64,000 nucleotides of DNA from an uncultured Verrucomicrobiae bacterium (GTDB lineage Bacteria; Verrucomicrobiota; Verrucomicrobiia; Chthoniobacterales; JAFAMB01), in assembly GCA_963782115.1 (NCBI GenBank), contig CAWAIK010000003.1:32001-96000 (forward strand), read 5' to 3'. The notes beneath the pieces were generated by a model. It was not told the origin of the DNA. It was given only the letters and a program-made list of their open reading frames with translations, and searched no databases. A program made the translations under genes and the position numbers. Positions within the stretch are counted from its first letter, which is position 1. Each line of letters begins with the position of its first letter. Positions 21,555 to 31,806 of this stretch are shown one piece after another.

Positions 21555-21700
21555 AAAGGAGTGGTTTTTCGCGACTCAACCCAATCCCTTCGGCCCAAAC
21601 TTCCTCCAGCCTATTACAGACATCAGATTTCGTGATAGCAAATAAAAAATGATAATTATCTCGTAAAGGCCGCACGACCGACGGTGTTAATCGAAAGGAA
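21555..21700 (+). repeat. ~145-bp non-coding repeat upstream of a small secreted-protein gene
   Basis: Inverted homolog of 16805-16950; contains palindrome GATAATTATC. Confidence 0.85.
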
Positions 21701-21710
21701 GATAATAGTT

Positions 21711-21989
21711 ATGAAATTAAACAGTGTTTTAATTGCTGCTCTGGTCTCGATTGGCCTTCTGACGATTGGCGCAGATAGCACTTTCGCAGGTGGTTACTTC
21801 TCGGCCGGGAACCCCGGCGGACTGCGATCAGGGTTAAGCTATCCCCTCGCAGGAACGCCGGCTAACCAAGCTTGGGAGAGAAACAATGCTTGGGCCAATT
21901 ACACGGCGCAAAACAGGCAGGTCCAGGTACCGAATGTCTCAACCGGAACCTCTGGTTCGGCGCTTCAACATAATGTCGTTACTCCGTAA
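21711..21989 (+). CDS. small secreted hypothetical protein
   Basis: AAAGGA RBS, signal peptide MKLNSVLIAALVSIGLLTIGADSTFA. Confidence 0.65.
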   Translation: MKLNSVLIAALVSIGLLTIGADSTFAGGYFSAGNPGGLRSGLSYPLAGTPANQAWERNNAWANYTAQNRQVQVPNVSTGTSGSALQHNVVTP

Positions 21990-22039
21990 CCATCGCCTTG
22001 CTGCAATCTCAGCCGGCTTAACAGTGGCGGCACCACTTT

Positions 22040-22698
22040 CACGCTCCGCTGCCGCCGGCCCCGAAGTCACTGAAACCTACATTGACTTCTTCACCTCCAC
22101 GATCCGTAACCGAAACACTCGGGCTGCTTACGCGCGGGCTTGCTGGCAGTTTTTTGATTGGTGCGCCGCTCATGGTCTGGAACTCACGACCGTGCGACCG
22201 TTCCATGTGGCTGCCTGGATCGAGGACTTTCCAGGGTCCAAACCGACCGTTAAGCAAAAGCTCGCCGCGGTGCGGATGTTGTACGATTTTCTGGTCGTCC
22301 AGCAAATTACGCCATCGAATCCGGCACATTCCGTTCGCGGGCCAAAGTACGTCGTCAAAAAAGGTAAAACGCCCGTCTGGAGCCGCGAAGACGCCAAAAC
22401 GCTGTTGGATTCAATCCCAAAGGATTCGGTGTCCGGTTTACGGGACCTAGCGCTCATCGCTGCGATGTTCTACAGCTTCGCCCGTGTAAGCGCAGTACTA
22501 AAACTCAGGGTCGATGATTACTATCATAATGGCGCCCGCCGGCGGCTGAGACTCCACGAAAAAGGCGGCAAAGAGCATGAAATGCCAGTGCATCACCTGC
22601 TGGAGCAGATATTGGACGAGTACATTGTCGCCGCAGGTCTCCAGAGCAGCCTCACCTCGCTCCAAAAGATCGTCCTCGCCTTGTGCCAGTTCTCATAA
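22040..22698 (+). pseudogene. tyrosine recombinase, 3'-truncated second copy
   Basis: Near-identical to 9752-10220; has the N-terminal FFTSTIRNRNTRAAY but loses the HxxR and catalytic Tyr region after ~22650. Confidence 0.9.
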
Positions 22699-22746
22699 TT
22701 GATAAAATGGTCAGAATGATTTAGAGTTGGTCTTTCTCCTAAAGCT

Positions 22747-23343
22747 GTGAGCGAAACTCCGATTCACAATCTGCTTACCATAAAAGAGACGTCCGAGTAC
22801 CTGCGGATTCCTCTCCCGACTGTCTACTATCTCGTACAACGCGGAAAGATTCCGGCTATTCAAATCGGCGGCCGCTGGCGGATCAAGAAATCCGCTCTGG
22901 ACCGCGACGTTCTGCGCCAAGACAAGCAAGGCCAACCAACAGTGTTAGTGGTCGACGACGATCCGGTCCTGCAGGATCTCTTTCAAACATTTTTAAAGAA
23001 AATCGGCTTCAGTCGAGTGGTGGTCGGTACGGCTAAAGAGGCCATTAAAAGCCTCCGGAAGCAGAAATTCGATCTCATGTTTTTGGACTTGCAATTGCCT
23101 GACGCTCCCGGTGATCAGGTGTATCAAACAGCCAAGCAGATTGATCCGGACCTCAACGTTATCGTGATCACAGGTTACCCGGACAGCGAGATCCTCGATC
23201 GGATTCTTCAAGTCAGCCCGGTCACGGTTCTAAAGAAGCCACTGAAGATTGAGCAGCTCTATCAGACGGTTAAGATTCTCGGGCACAACCGCCCAAGCCC
23301 GGGACTCGAGCAACAAAGTTCGAGGCTTCTCGTGGGGTTGTAA
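22747..23343 (+). CDS. excisionase-type HTH plus receiver-domain regulator
   Basis: LLTIKETSEYLRIPLPTVYYLVQRGKIPAIQIGGRWRI; VLVVDDD, FLDLQLPD, VITGY, KKP. Confidence 0.85.
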   Translation: MSETPIHNLLTIKETSEYLRIPLPTVYYLVQRGKIPAIQIGGRWRIKKSALDRDVLRQDKQGQPTVLVVDDDPVLQDLFQTFLKKIGFSRVVVGTAKEAIKSLRKQKFDLMFLDLQLPDAPGDQVYQTAKQIDPDLNVIVITGYPDSEILDRILQVSPVTVLKKPLKIEQLYQTVKILGHNRPSPGLEQQSSRLLVGL

Positions 23344-23432
23344 CGTGGCCTCTTAGGTAAGCCCACCCGTTTTGGCGACCGCGCGCCGAATGCTCCTCTT
23401 CGGCGTCTAGGTCTAGGTGGATCATAAGCGAT

Positions 23433-24054
23433 TCATTCCGGCTGACTCTGTTTCGCTTCCATATTACTTTCGATGCCCTGGACCTCACGCTGCCCTCCAG
23501 AAGGGATTTTGACAGGAAGCTTCGCCGATTCTTTGACGGCGGTTTTGACACTGGCAGGAGGCTTTTCGGCCTTTGCTTTTACATTGATCGATTTTGCAAG
23601 GAGGCTCAGCTTTTTGTCGGCGGCTTTCTCTTCATTCAATGTCAGAGTAAAAAGTTCGGCTGCTTCTTTCTCTCCCAGCAGTTTTGCAAAAGTCTGCACC
23701 GTGCCACACCCAGCCATCTCATAGTGTTCGACACGCTGGGCCGCCGCCGATGATCCCCGCATCCATTACCTCAGCCGCCGCATCCTCTCCGATCCATTCA
23801 CTCCCCTCTTCGATGAGACCCTTCATGCCGGCGCAGGTGTGACCCGCAAGGCGTTTGCCCAGTTTTTCAGCCACCTGCTTCAAGCGTTCAAGATGTCCCT
23901 TGGTTTGTTCAAGATGTTCGATGTAGGCATTTTTCAGATCCGGATTTCTCGCCGCCTTCGCCATTTTTGACAGCGCCTTGATTAACTGACTTTCGGCATT
24001 GTGCAGATCCTTGAGTTGCTGAAGATAAAGGTCATTCAGAGATGCGAATTTCAT
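23433..24054 (-). pseudogene. YciF/DUF892 ferritin-like stress protein, frameshift near 23750
   Basis: LKDLHNAESQL, HLEQTKGHLERL, CAGMKGLIEE, AAQRVEHYEMA, EEKAADKKL. Confidence 0.85.
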
Positions 24055-24406
24055 GGATGTTTATTTTCGATCATGCCCGAGAGATGTCCGGGTGACCACC
24101 CTCATCTTTATTCCTTCTTTAAACACGAAAATGCATTTTATCGTGTTAAGGAAGGGGATCTTTTTGAGGAAACTCATGCATGGTCCATTGAGGACTAATC
24201 TCAGTCCGCTACATTTGTTGTCGCCCTGTTTCGCACTGTACTTAAATAGGTTTTCGAACGATCGAGGTCCTTTGCTTGTTTATCTGTTATCAGTCCGTAA
24301 TCCCAGAAGACAGGTTGACGAACCCGATCGTCGACCGCTTGGCGGCGTGATCCTGGATTGAACCTTTTTGCGGGTATATGCAAAGAAACCCATTATAGAA
24401 CGAACC

Positions 24407-25319
24407 TTATGACTGAGGATTCGGCAGCAGTCCGCGGATACGGTTCAGATCCTGGACCGCTGTGATCACAGGTCCGGGTGCTTCACGCGGAAAGAGATGC
24501 CCGGCCAGAGGAATGACTCGTCGCTCATAGTGCGCGGAAAAGAGCTTTTCCTGCGCCTCGGACATTTCGGGCGGATGAATCGTGTCTCCTTCGCCATGCA
24601 ACACGATTGTCGGTACACCGATCGTTGGCCGTGTAGAAAGCTGCTTTTCAATTGTTTCCAAAGTTGGATCACCGACAGCGGCGCCGTGGCGATATCGATA
24701 CGAATGGATAACAATGTCGAGAAAGTACGGATTATCGAAGCTGCGGGCCGTTTCATCAAAGAGCGCATCAGTAAACTTCCAGTTCGGACACCAAAGTTTC
24801 CATAGCAGACGACAGATATCACGCCGGTTCCGTTGAAGACCGGCTCTACCCCGCTCGGTTTGAAAATACCACTGGTACCAACCTTTGTATTCCCACTGGG
24901 CAGGCGCGGGCTCTCGATCAAGAGTAAAGCTTTCGACGTTATAGCCGCCGATCGGGATGAGCCCGCCAACTTTCGCTGGCCACAACGCCGCTGCAGTGCA
25001 AGCCGCTCGGGCGCCCCAGTCGTAACCCACCAGGATCGGTTGCTGGAGGTGAAGAACTTCGATCAATCCCTTTAGATCGTGCGCCAGAGCGCCTTGCTGA
25101 CCTGACCGCATTGTATCAGCGTTCAAGAATCGAGTTGGTCCAAATCCGCGCAGATAAGGGACGATCGTTTGGAAGCCTTCAGGCAACCAGAGGGCCAATC
25201 ACGCCATCCCAAGCTCTCGCGTCGTCAGGAAAGCCGTGCAAAAGAATGATCGGCTTACTGTTGGCTGCCCCGCTTTCTTCGTAACCGATCTCCAGCGTGT
25301 CGACGAGGACTGTTTTCAC
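24407..25319 (-). pseudogene. alpha/beta hydrolase (epoxide hydrolase-like), frameshift near 25200
   Basis: ILLHGFPDDAR upstream, YLRGFG, VGYDWGAR, AGHLFPRE. Confidence 0.85.
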
Positions 25320-25599
25320 CACTGTTTGGCGGCTCCTATCGTTAAAATTACCGGCCCTCTAGCCCAGCGAAATCCCCGAGGCGGTTTTTGTTTTTGTGCA
25401 TACCATTAAATCCATCTGCGCACCTGCTTTTTATAGCGCATCCACTGCTTGCCAAAGTCCTTTTCCAATTTGTTTTTCCTCGCGCCGAATGAAGAGGTCC
25501 ACCTAGGGGAGATGGTTAGCCGTGTGAAACGTCCAGTTGGCGACCCGAGTGTTGAAAAACAAGGTCCCAGGTCAAAACGTCCTTTTCGAAGTTGCGCAT

Positions 25600-25765
25600 T
25601 CGCAAAACGGACGAGCCGCACCCAGTTGCCGTGTCATCGCGCCCATCACTTGCCCGAGGAACTCATCCAGTTCTGGCACGGACGCGAGCGAATCAAGACA
25701 TCCAAGAAGGGCTTCGTTCGCTTTTGCCAGCTCGGCTGCGCGCTCCCGGGCGGCTTTCTTCCCTT
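25600..25765 (-). pseudogene. sensor kinase coiled-coil/GAF-start remnant
   Basis: ERAAELAKANEALLGCLDSLASVPELDEFLGQVMGAMTRQLGA. Confidence 0.45.
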
Positions 25766-25813
25766 TCTATGGCAAGAGCATTTAACGAGAGAAAAGGTTT
25801 AATCCCCGCTGAG

Positions 25814-25838
25814 TGTCGATTGCAGCTAAATCGTAGAC
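25814..25838 (+). mobile_element. solitary transposon terminus of the TGTCGA family
   Basis: TGTCGATTGCAGCTAAATCGTAGAC, nearly identical to the reverse complement of 6701-6726. Confidence 0.7.
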
Positions 25839-26212
25839 CAAAGATGGGCTCCTCTCCCTCGGAGTCGGGCTCGCGGTCTTTCGTCACCACGGTCATCGTA
25901 TCTGCCCTGGGCTCCGAAAACAGTATTTTTGTCACTCGCCTTGTAGGTTCGGTGGGGTCGTGTCTTTGCCAGCTACTGCTGTTAGTGGAAGCGATAGCCA
26001 AGGCTAAAGCAATAGCGGGAACGGTTCCGTGCTCCAAGATGTGAAGTATACAACGTTTGATCATAATTCACTATGCGCTTTCGGTTACGTCCTCTTTTGA
26101 ATTCGAGGACGATTATGTACCTCAAAAACATTCCGCCGTCTTCTCTTCTCGGTCTGCAAATAGAGTGTGCATCATTCGCGATCAGCACGTTGTTGTTAGG
26201 ATGTTTCCCGAT

Positions 26213-26506
26213 TTACTCAACTGCCACAAGATCGTTAAATGCGGGTCTCCGTGGGGGTTGATTCCAACCGCTCTCCTCGAGCTCGGAACTCTGCTGGGCG
26301 GCAGGTAGTGGTCCTCTTATCAGTAATGGGCTAAATCCGGCGCCTGTTGAAGAACAACCCATTGCAAGCACAACAGTCGTCCCAAGAGCTACTGCGAGTA
26401 ACGCCAGCCGCCTGGGGTGGACCAAAATGGCTCCGGAACAATGACTGCTACTCAAACTAGCATGGACCGGACATGGCGTGTTAACTATGTATTTATTCAT
26501 TTCCAT
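26213..26506 (-). CDS. small lipoprotein
   Basis: LALLAVALGTTVVLAMGCSSTG lipobox; paralog at 43544. Confidence 0.6.
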   Translation of the reverse strand: MEMNKYIVNTPCPVHASLSSSHCSGAILVHPRRLALLAVALGTTVVLAMGCSSTGAGFSPLLIRGPLPAAQQSSELEESGWNQPPRRPAFNDLVAVE

Positions 26507-26526
26507 TTGAGGACTCCCATAGTTAA

Positions 26527-26553
26527 TTACCTTGTTTCGTCCGGATTTATTCC
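26527..26553 (-). promoter_or_regulatory. ECF-type promoter candidate
   Basis: GGAAT-N17-GGTAA just upstream of the lipoprotein gene. Confidence 0.6.
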
Positions 26554-26780
26554 AGGCCGAAAGCGGCAGGATGGTTTTCACTTCGGTGCGGGTATCTATT
26601 GTAGCCGAAAGCCGAGAGGACAATTATTCCGCTCACGGGGCTACTGACGGTACTTTCTGCGCGCTTGCTACCGGCGTCTTGCTGGTGGGGTCAGTGGAGG
26701 CTAAAATCTAATCTGGGAAGAATGCAAACGAGCGCTCAGAGGAGCTCAAGACAATCATCAAAAAGAATGGTTAAATTTGT

Positions 26781-27881
26781 TTAAATGAGAACGATTTGGA
26801 GCAGCACTCCAAGGCCCACAGCAAGTAGCCAGAGCGCTGGAGCCGGTGTTCCGGTGGGTCGGCGCAGGCGCGCGTGCCTCGCCGCGAAACGGAGGTCTAG
26901 TAACATCCAATCCCGATGGCGTCGTTCGAACACCAGGAAAACAACAGCGGTGACCACGCCATAAATTAGATGACCAATCAGCCCGGCAAGTGCACCCCAA
27001 CCGATGGATCGAACGGTGCGTGAACCAGGTGGTTCCGGTTGGCAATTGATGGGATCGCTTTCGATAAATAGGGCAATCCAAAGTCGGTCAGCGGTGGCGT
27101 AGATTACGCCTACAATCAGGCCGTAGACAATATGTCCTACGAGTGATCCATACAATTCCTGACCGTGCTGATAAGACCAATCCAAGCCGCGTCCTTGCCA
27201 GAGAGGCATGAGCGTCATCGGCCCCAGAAACCACCAGAAAATCCCGTAACCAAACCCCCACCCCAGGCAGGATCCGTACCCGCGAACATCCCGCTGAAAA
27301 AGCAACCCAAAGGAGGCGCCGATGATGAAGGCGAAGACAAAATGTAATGCAATCCCAGCGTTGCGAGAGCTAAGATGAATAAGGCCCGCGATCAGAGGAA
27401 AATGATTTATTTTCGCCATCCACTAACCAAAGGCCCATCCGCCCAGCAGTCCCGCTAGCCCGCCGACCACCACGGCTCGGGACAAGCTGAATTTCGCTTC
27501 TCCGGGTTGATCTGGTGCTCGTCCCCGATTTACGGTTCCAAGAACAATGCCAAGTGGAGCGCCAAAAAATATGATGTAACCGACCAGGTCTGGGAAACGA
27601 GCTCGCACTTTGTCTAGCACCATTGTCGATCCTGGGGAGGAGGACGCAAACAAAGGCCCCATAGCGGCCGACCCGACTAGCCAAAACACCATCGCGAAAG
27701 CAAGGCCCCATAAAAGACCGGCGCCAGGCGTATTCGCGCGTGGCCTGGCAACCAGGCAAAAAATCAATCCGTAAATACAGCCCAGGAGCAATCCGGTGAG
27801 AGGTGCGACCAATCCGGCGAGACTTAGGAAAGCGCCGCCGGCCGCGCCAACAGGCAGACAGCAAAAGATGGCTTTTTTCAC
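26781..27881 (-). pseudogene. multi-pass membrane protein with an in-frame TAG at 27423-27425
   Basis: ORFs 27423-27881 and 26781-27419 share a frame; repeated LxGHxxYG helices. Confidence 0.65.
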
Positions 27882-29590
27882 GTGACTGCCACTTTTGGAC
27901 CCTTTTGACGCATGCCAGAATCGTTGAAATCAATGGTTTGCACGATGTCTCGGGGAAAAAAGAGTTCAAGCGTCCAGTCGGTTAAAACTCGCACCTTGCG
28001 TTCGAAGCCGGGCAGTTTGCTCAGATAAATTCCGCGCCATAGAAGCCAGGCGAACAAGCCGCTGAATTTTCGTCCCCTGATCTCGGCGCAAGCTGTGTGG
28101 TAGCCGACTATGCACAAAGTGCCGAGAGATTTAAAACAGAATTCCTTAAGTGGACGAGCAAGTAAGTAAGCGCGAATATTATAAGCCAGCACAACCGCCT
28201 CTCTGGTTGCGACCTGAGCGGTCGGCGGACAGGGTTTACCCGTCTTCATATCGGGCACCGATGCACAGTCACCGAGGGCCCAAACATTCCCATAGTCTAG
28301 TACTGCCAGCGTCCGGTCGACCAATACGGCACCTCGGCTATCGTGTTTAACCGGCAACTCTTTAAGGATCGGATTCGGTGTAGCACCGGCGGTCCAGACA
28401 AATGTTTCCGTCGCGATTTCTTCTGACGGACTTAGGCTTATGGAACCGGATCTTGCGTCGACAACCCGGGTGTTTAGTTTGAAAGTAACCCCTCGTTCAC
28501 GCATTCGCTGCATCGCGTAAGCAGCTAGAGACTCACTTAACTCGGGTAAAATTCGTCCCCGTGAATGGACGAGGATGATGCGGAGATCATCCGGCGATAG
28601 ATTTGGGTAATCAGCGATGATACCTCTCGCGAGATCATTTAAGCCGCCGGCGAGTTCCGCCCCCGAAAAGCCGCCGCCGGCGACCACGAATGTAAGCAAT
28701 GCTCGGCGGCACTCTGGGTCGGGCTCTGCATCAGCCCGCTCAAAGCCGTCGATTACGTGGTTACGGAGCCGCATTGCGTCCCCAAGCGTTTTGAACTCCA
28801 GTGCGTTTTCAGCAACTGCAGTATTGCCTGGATAGTTAGAGACTGAACCAAGAGCTAGAACCAGATGATCATAGGGTAGTCCGATTTGTGCCCCGTTATC
28901 GTTCAGGTGAACCCGCCTGCCTTCGAGATCGATCCTGTTAACGCGGCCGCGCAAGACACGCGTCCGTTTGAGGCTTGTCCGCAAAGGAGTGGTAATATGC
29001 GTGGGTTCCAAGCCGCTGGTGGCCACTTCAACAAGCATCGGCGTGAACAGCCATGCATTTGTGTCGCTAATCAGGGTGAAAGATACTGTCGGATCGCTCC
29101 GAAACTGTCTTTCGAGACGCTCCGCCGTGGTGACCCCGGCGAATCCACCACCAAGAATCACTACCTGAGTCACTTTTTCCGGACGTGAGATCGCTCGGAT
29201 CGGTGATTCCGGACCGAGAGAGTATTGGGCAAGCTCCCGCGCTGCTTGGGACAGGATTCCCAGAAAGAAGCAGGATAACAGCCAACAAATTAATGCCGGA
29301 AAAAGTGCCCTCATTTCCTCGGCTGTCCATTGTGGCTGTTGTCCTCTGACCAATGGGAGAAGGATGACGTTGATGGTGGCCCAAAAGGGCAATCCCAGAG
29401 CGGCACAGGTCATTGCGCGATCGATGGCCGAACCGCCTCTCAGGTCGAAGAACGCGAAAATTTGAGCAATGCCAAGCAGCGCGCCGAGAAACAGTCCTAA
29501 GCCGATATTTCTGACAGCCAAACAAAGAAAAGGGCTCGAAACCGTGCCGCAAACCAAACCGATCAAAACACGTCGGAGAATTAGCTTCAT
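27878..29590 (-). CDS. type II NADH dehydrogenase-like FAD oxidoreductase with N-terminal membrane extension
   Basis: VVILGGGFAG, FTPML, YDHLVLALGS, VAGGGFSGAELAG, VWTAG, ALGDCA, PPTAQVA; ~120 hydrophobic residues at the N-terminus. Confidence 0.9.
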   Translation of the reverse strand: MKLILRRVLIGLVCGTVSSPFLCLAVRNIGLGLFLGALLGIAQIFAFFDLRGGSAIDRAMTCAALGLPFWATINVILLPLVRGQQPQWTAEEMRALFPALICWLLSCFFLGILSQAARELAQYSLGPESPIRAISRPEKVTQVVILGGGFAGVTTAERLERQFRSDPTVSFTLISDTNAWLFTPMLVEVATSGLEPTHITTPLRTSLKRTRVLRGRVNRIDLEGRRVHLNDNGAQIGLPYDHLVLALGSVSNYPGNTAVAENALEFKTLGDAMRLRNHVIDGFERADAEPDPECRRALLTFVVAGGGFSGAELAGGLNDLARGIIADYPNLSPDDLRIILVHSRGRILPELSESLAAYAMQRMRERGVTFKLNTRVVDARSGSISLSPSEEIATETFVWTAGATPNPILKELPVKHDSRGAVLVDRTLAVLDYGNVWALGDCASVPDMKTGKPCPPTAQVATREAVVLAYNIRAYLLARPLKEFCFKSLGTLCIVGYHTACAEIRGRKFSGLFAWLLWRGIYLSKLPGFERKVRVLTDWTLELFFPRDIVQTIDFNDSGMRQKGPKVAVT

Positions 29591-29635
29591 AGAGCAGCTT
29601 TCGTGGGTTTGCCTTATTGACTCCTGGTCCTTGGA

Positions 29636-30016
29636 TCAATGCAGCGTCTTGAGGTAAGCCACGATGGCGGCAGTATCCTGCTCGTTGTACTTTTTGGCGA
29701 ATGATGGCATCTCATCCTTTATTCCGCTCTGGATCACGAGCGCCATATGCGCACCACTGATTTGGAGCTTCAGAAGGCTCGGCGCGTCCTCGCCTCCATC
29801 CGCATCTTGACCATGGCAGTGAGCACAGCTTTGAAAGAAAAAAGTTCGTCCTTTGGCTGCCAAGGTTGCAGCATCGAGCGGCTTGTTTCCAGGTTCCGTC
29901 TCTCTTTCGATGTAATTCCGATAGATTGCACCAGCCGTAAATGTCGCGACCAGGATCAATACCGAGGTGATGACGCCTGCCACTGCACCCTTGATTTCCA
30001 GAGGGGTCACTATCAC
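29636..30016 (-). CDS. membrane-anchored monoheme cytochrome c
   Basis: CAHCH, distal MPSF, N-terminal TM helix; GTGA overlap with upstream gene. Confidence 0.85.
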   Translation of the reverse strand: MIVTPLEIKGAVAGVITSVLILVATFTAGAIYRNYIERETEPGNKPLDAATLAAKGRTFFFQSCAHCHGQDADGGEDAPSLLKLQISGAHMALVIQSGIKDEMPSFAKKYNEQDTAAIVAYLKTLH

Positions 30017-30441
30017 GGCACACCCCCGCCGCTCAAGAGCAGTTCTCCCCCGAAATACCCTGCCGCAGCAACAAATCCAGAAGCTAGCAACATCAAGACC
30101 AGATACAGGCATAGTCCAGTTCGTGACATCGCGTCCTTTACCACAAGCCTCCACACGGCCAAGGCCACCAGAAGGCCGAAGGCCGGCCAAACGAATCGGT
30201 GATGCCAGCCGAAATCACCGCGGCCCCACATATCACCTTTGGTGAGGGCGATACCGGAGACCACGGCACCCACAGACGCCAGGGCGGCAGCGGCTAGACC
30301 GTAGAAGCTCACTAGCCGCAGCCCCCGAGCAAACGTTAGCTTCTTAAAGGCGACAGAGACGAAATCGCACGCCGTTGAAAACAGCAGCAGGGCGATAGGG
30401 AAATGTGTCATTGCGCCGTGAAGCTTATCCCAGGGAATCAT
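30013..30441 (-). CDS. DUF2231-like membrane protein
   Basis: LHGAMTHFPIALL ... HH ... AGYFGGEL. Confidence 0.8.
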   Translation of the reverse strand: MIPWDKLHGAMTHFPIALLLFSTACDFVSVAFKKLTFARGLRLVSFYGLAAAALASVGAVVSGIALTKGDMWGRGDFGWHHRFVWPAFGLLVALAVWRLVVKDAMSRTGLCLYLVLMLLASGFVAAAGYFGGELLLSGGGVP

Positions 30442-30456
30442 TGAAAGCCTTTCCGG

Positions 30457-31410
30457 TCATCCGAGTGTAGAGTCCACCACAGCTAAGCTATGATTCGTTT
30501 CGGTATAGTTGACGCTGGTCAGTCCGAGCATCTTCTTGAGTTGAGGGGCGTCGACGACCACTGGGAGCGGTTTGGGCACTGAACCAGGTGCTGGTAACGG
30601 GAACGCTGTACCCCTGGCGGTGTGGAAGGTAATGTTGCCCTCCACCTTCTGCATGACCTGGTGAATATGCCCGTTTAAAACCGTCACTGACCCGAAACGC
30701 TTGACAAAGGAGAGCGCTCGCTCGGCGTCGTCGGTCCCCCAGCCCCACTTAGGATAGACAGCCCACAATGGAATATGCGCGAACAGGACAATCGGAGTAC
30801 TGGGCGACAAGCCTTTCACGTCTTTTTCAAGCCAGTCGATTTGTTCCTGGCCAAGAGTTCCCAGGCCACCCTCCTGGATATTTGCCACGTTGACCAACCC
30901 AATGAAGTGCACCCCTTTTTGGTCGAAGCTGTACCATCCGGTCCCTGTCGTATTTTTTCCGAATCGTTCCCGGTATAGTGCACCGCCATCGTAGATGTCG
31001 TGCTCGCCAGGCACATAGAAGACATCTTTTGTTCTGCTGTCTTTCAGTACCTGGGCGAGGGTATCGAACTGTGCCGGATCAGAAAGATGCGTTAAATCGC
31101 CGGTGTGCAGCAGGAACTCAGGGACCTTCGGTAACGCGTTGATGTGCGTAATCGTCTCCCGAAAGGTTCCAATAACGTCCGTGTTTGCCGGTTTATTAAA
31201 GCCGATGTGACTGTCGCTGATCTGGACGAAGTTCAGTTCCGCCGTAGCGATTGTACTTAGGTTTTTTGCTTCCTGGCCTAGGACTGTGGAAGTCAACAGC
31301 CCTCCGTTGATGGACCAAATGACGCCGGTGCCGGCCCAGGCCATACATTTGAGAAATCCTCGACGGTCAATGCCGTCGTCGTTCGTATTCGTTTCGATGA
31401 AGTCTGACAT
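30457..31410 (-). CDS. Tat-exported metallophosphoesterase
   Basis: DRRGFLK, QISDSHIG, HTGDLTH, PGEHD, FAHIP, NGHIH. Confidence 0.9.
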   Translation of the reverse strand: MSDFIETNTNDDGIDRRGFLKCMAWAGTGVIWSINGGLLTSTVLGQEAKNLSTIATAELNFVQISDSHIGFNKPANTDVIGTFRETITHINALPKVPEFLLHTGDLTHLSDPAQFDTLAQVLKDSRTKDVFYVPGEHDIYDGGALYRERFGKNTTGTGWYSFDQKGVHFIGLVNVANIQEGGLGTLGQEQIDWLEKDVKGLSPSTPIVLFAHIPLWAVYPKWGWGTDDAERALSFVKRFGSVTVLNGHIHQVMQKVEGNITFHTARGTAFPLPAPGSVPKPLPVVVDAPQLKKMLGLTSVNYTETNHSLAVVDSTLG

Positions 31411-31471
31411 GATGGTTTGTACTCTGGTTGATAGGGATTGGGCGTGCCGTAGCGCACCCCTCATCAGGTAC

Positions 31472-31498
31472 ATACCGATTGAGATCAGAAATTATTCC
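31472..31498 (-). promoter_or_regulatory. ECF-type promoter candidate for the phosphoesterase operon
   Basis: GGAAT-N17-GGTAT. Confidence 0.65.
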
Positions 31499-31522
31499 TG
31501 CCGCACTGGAAAGCGGGATTGG

Positions 31523-31549
31523 GGAATAAACTTCAACGAAAGCCGGTAT
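31523..31549 (+). promoter_or_regulatory. ECF-type autoregulatory promoter candidate
   Basis: GGAAT-N17-GGTAT directly upstream of the sigma/anti-sigma pair. Confidence 0.7.
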
Positions 31550-31574
31550 CTTTTAATGTAACCTCTCCACTGCC

Positions 31575-31806
31575 TCCGGTCAGCCTTTGTAAAAAAGCGA
31601 CGGTAGAAGCGGTGCGCGAGGCGATCGCAGCGTTGCCGGTCGCGTTTCGCGAAGTGGTGGTTCTCCGGGAATTAGAGGGTTTATCATACAAGGAAATCTC
31701 TGAGGTGAGCGGAGTTCCTCTTGGTACGGTGATGTCGCGCCTTGCGCGCGGTCGCCACCAGCTCTACCTCCTGTTGTCGGATCGGAAGCAGCACGACCAG
31801 CTATGA
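31575..31806 (+). pseudogene. ECF sigma factor, only region 4 remains
   Basis: AIAALPVAFREVVVLRELEGLSYKEISEVSGVPLGTVMSRLARGR; no region 2 upstream. Confidence 0.85.
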
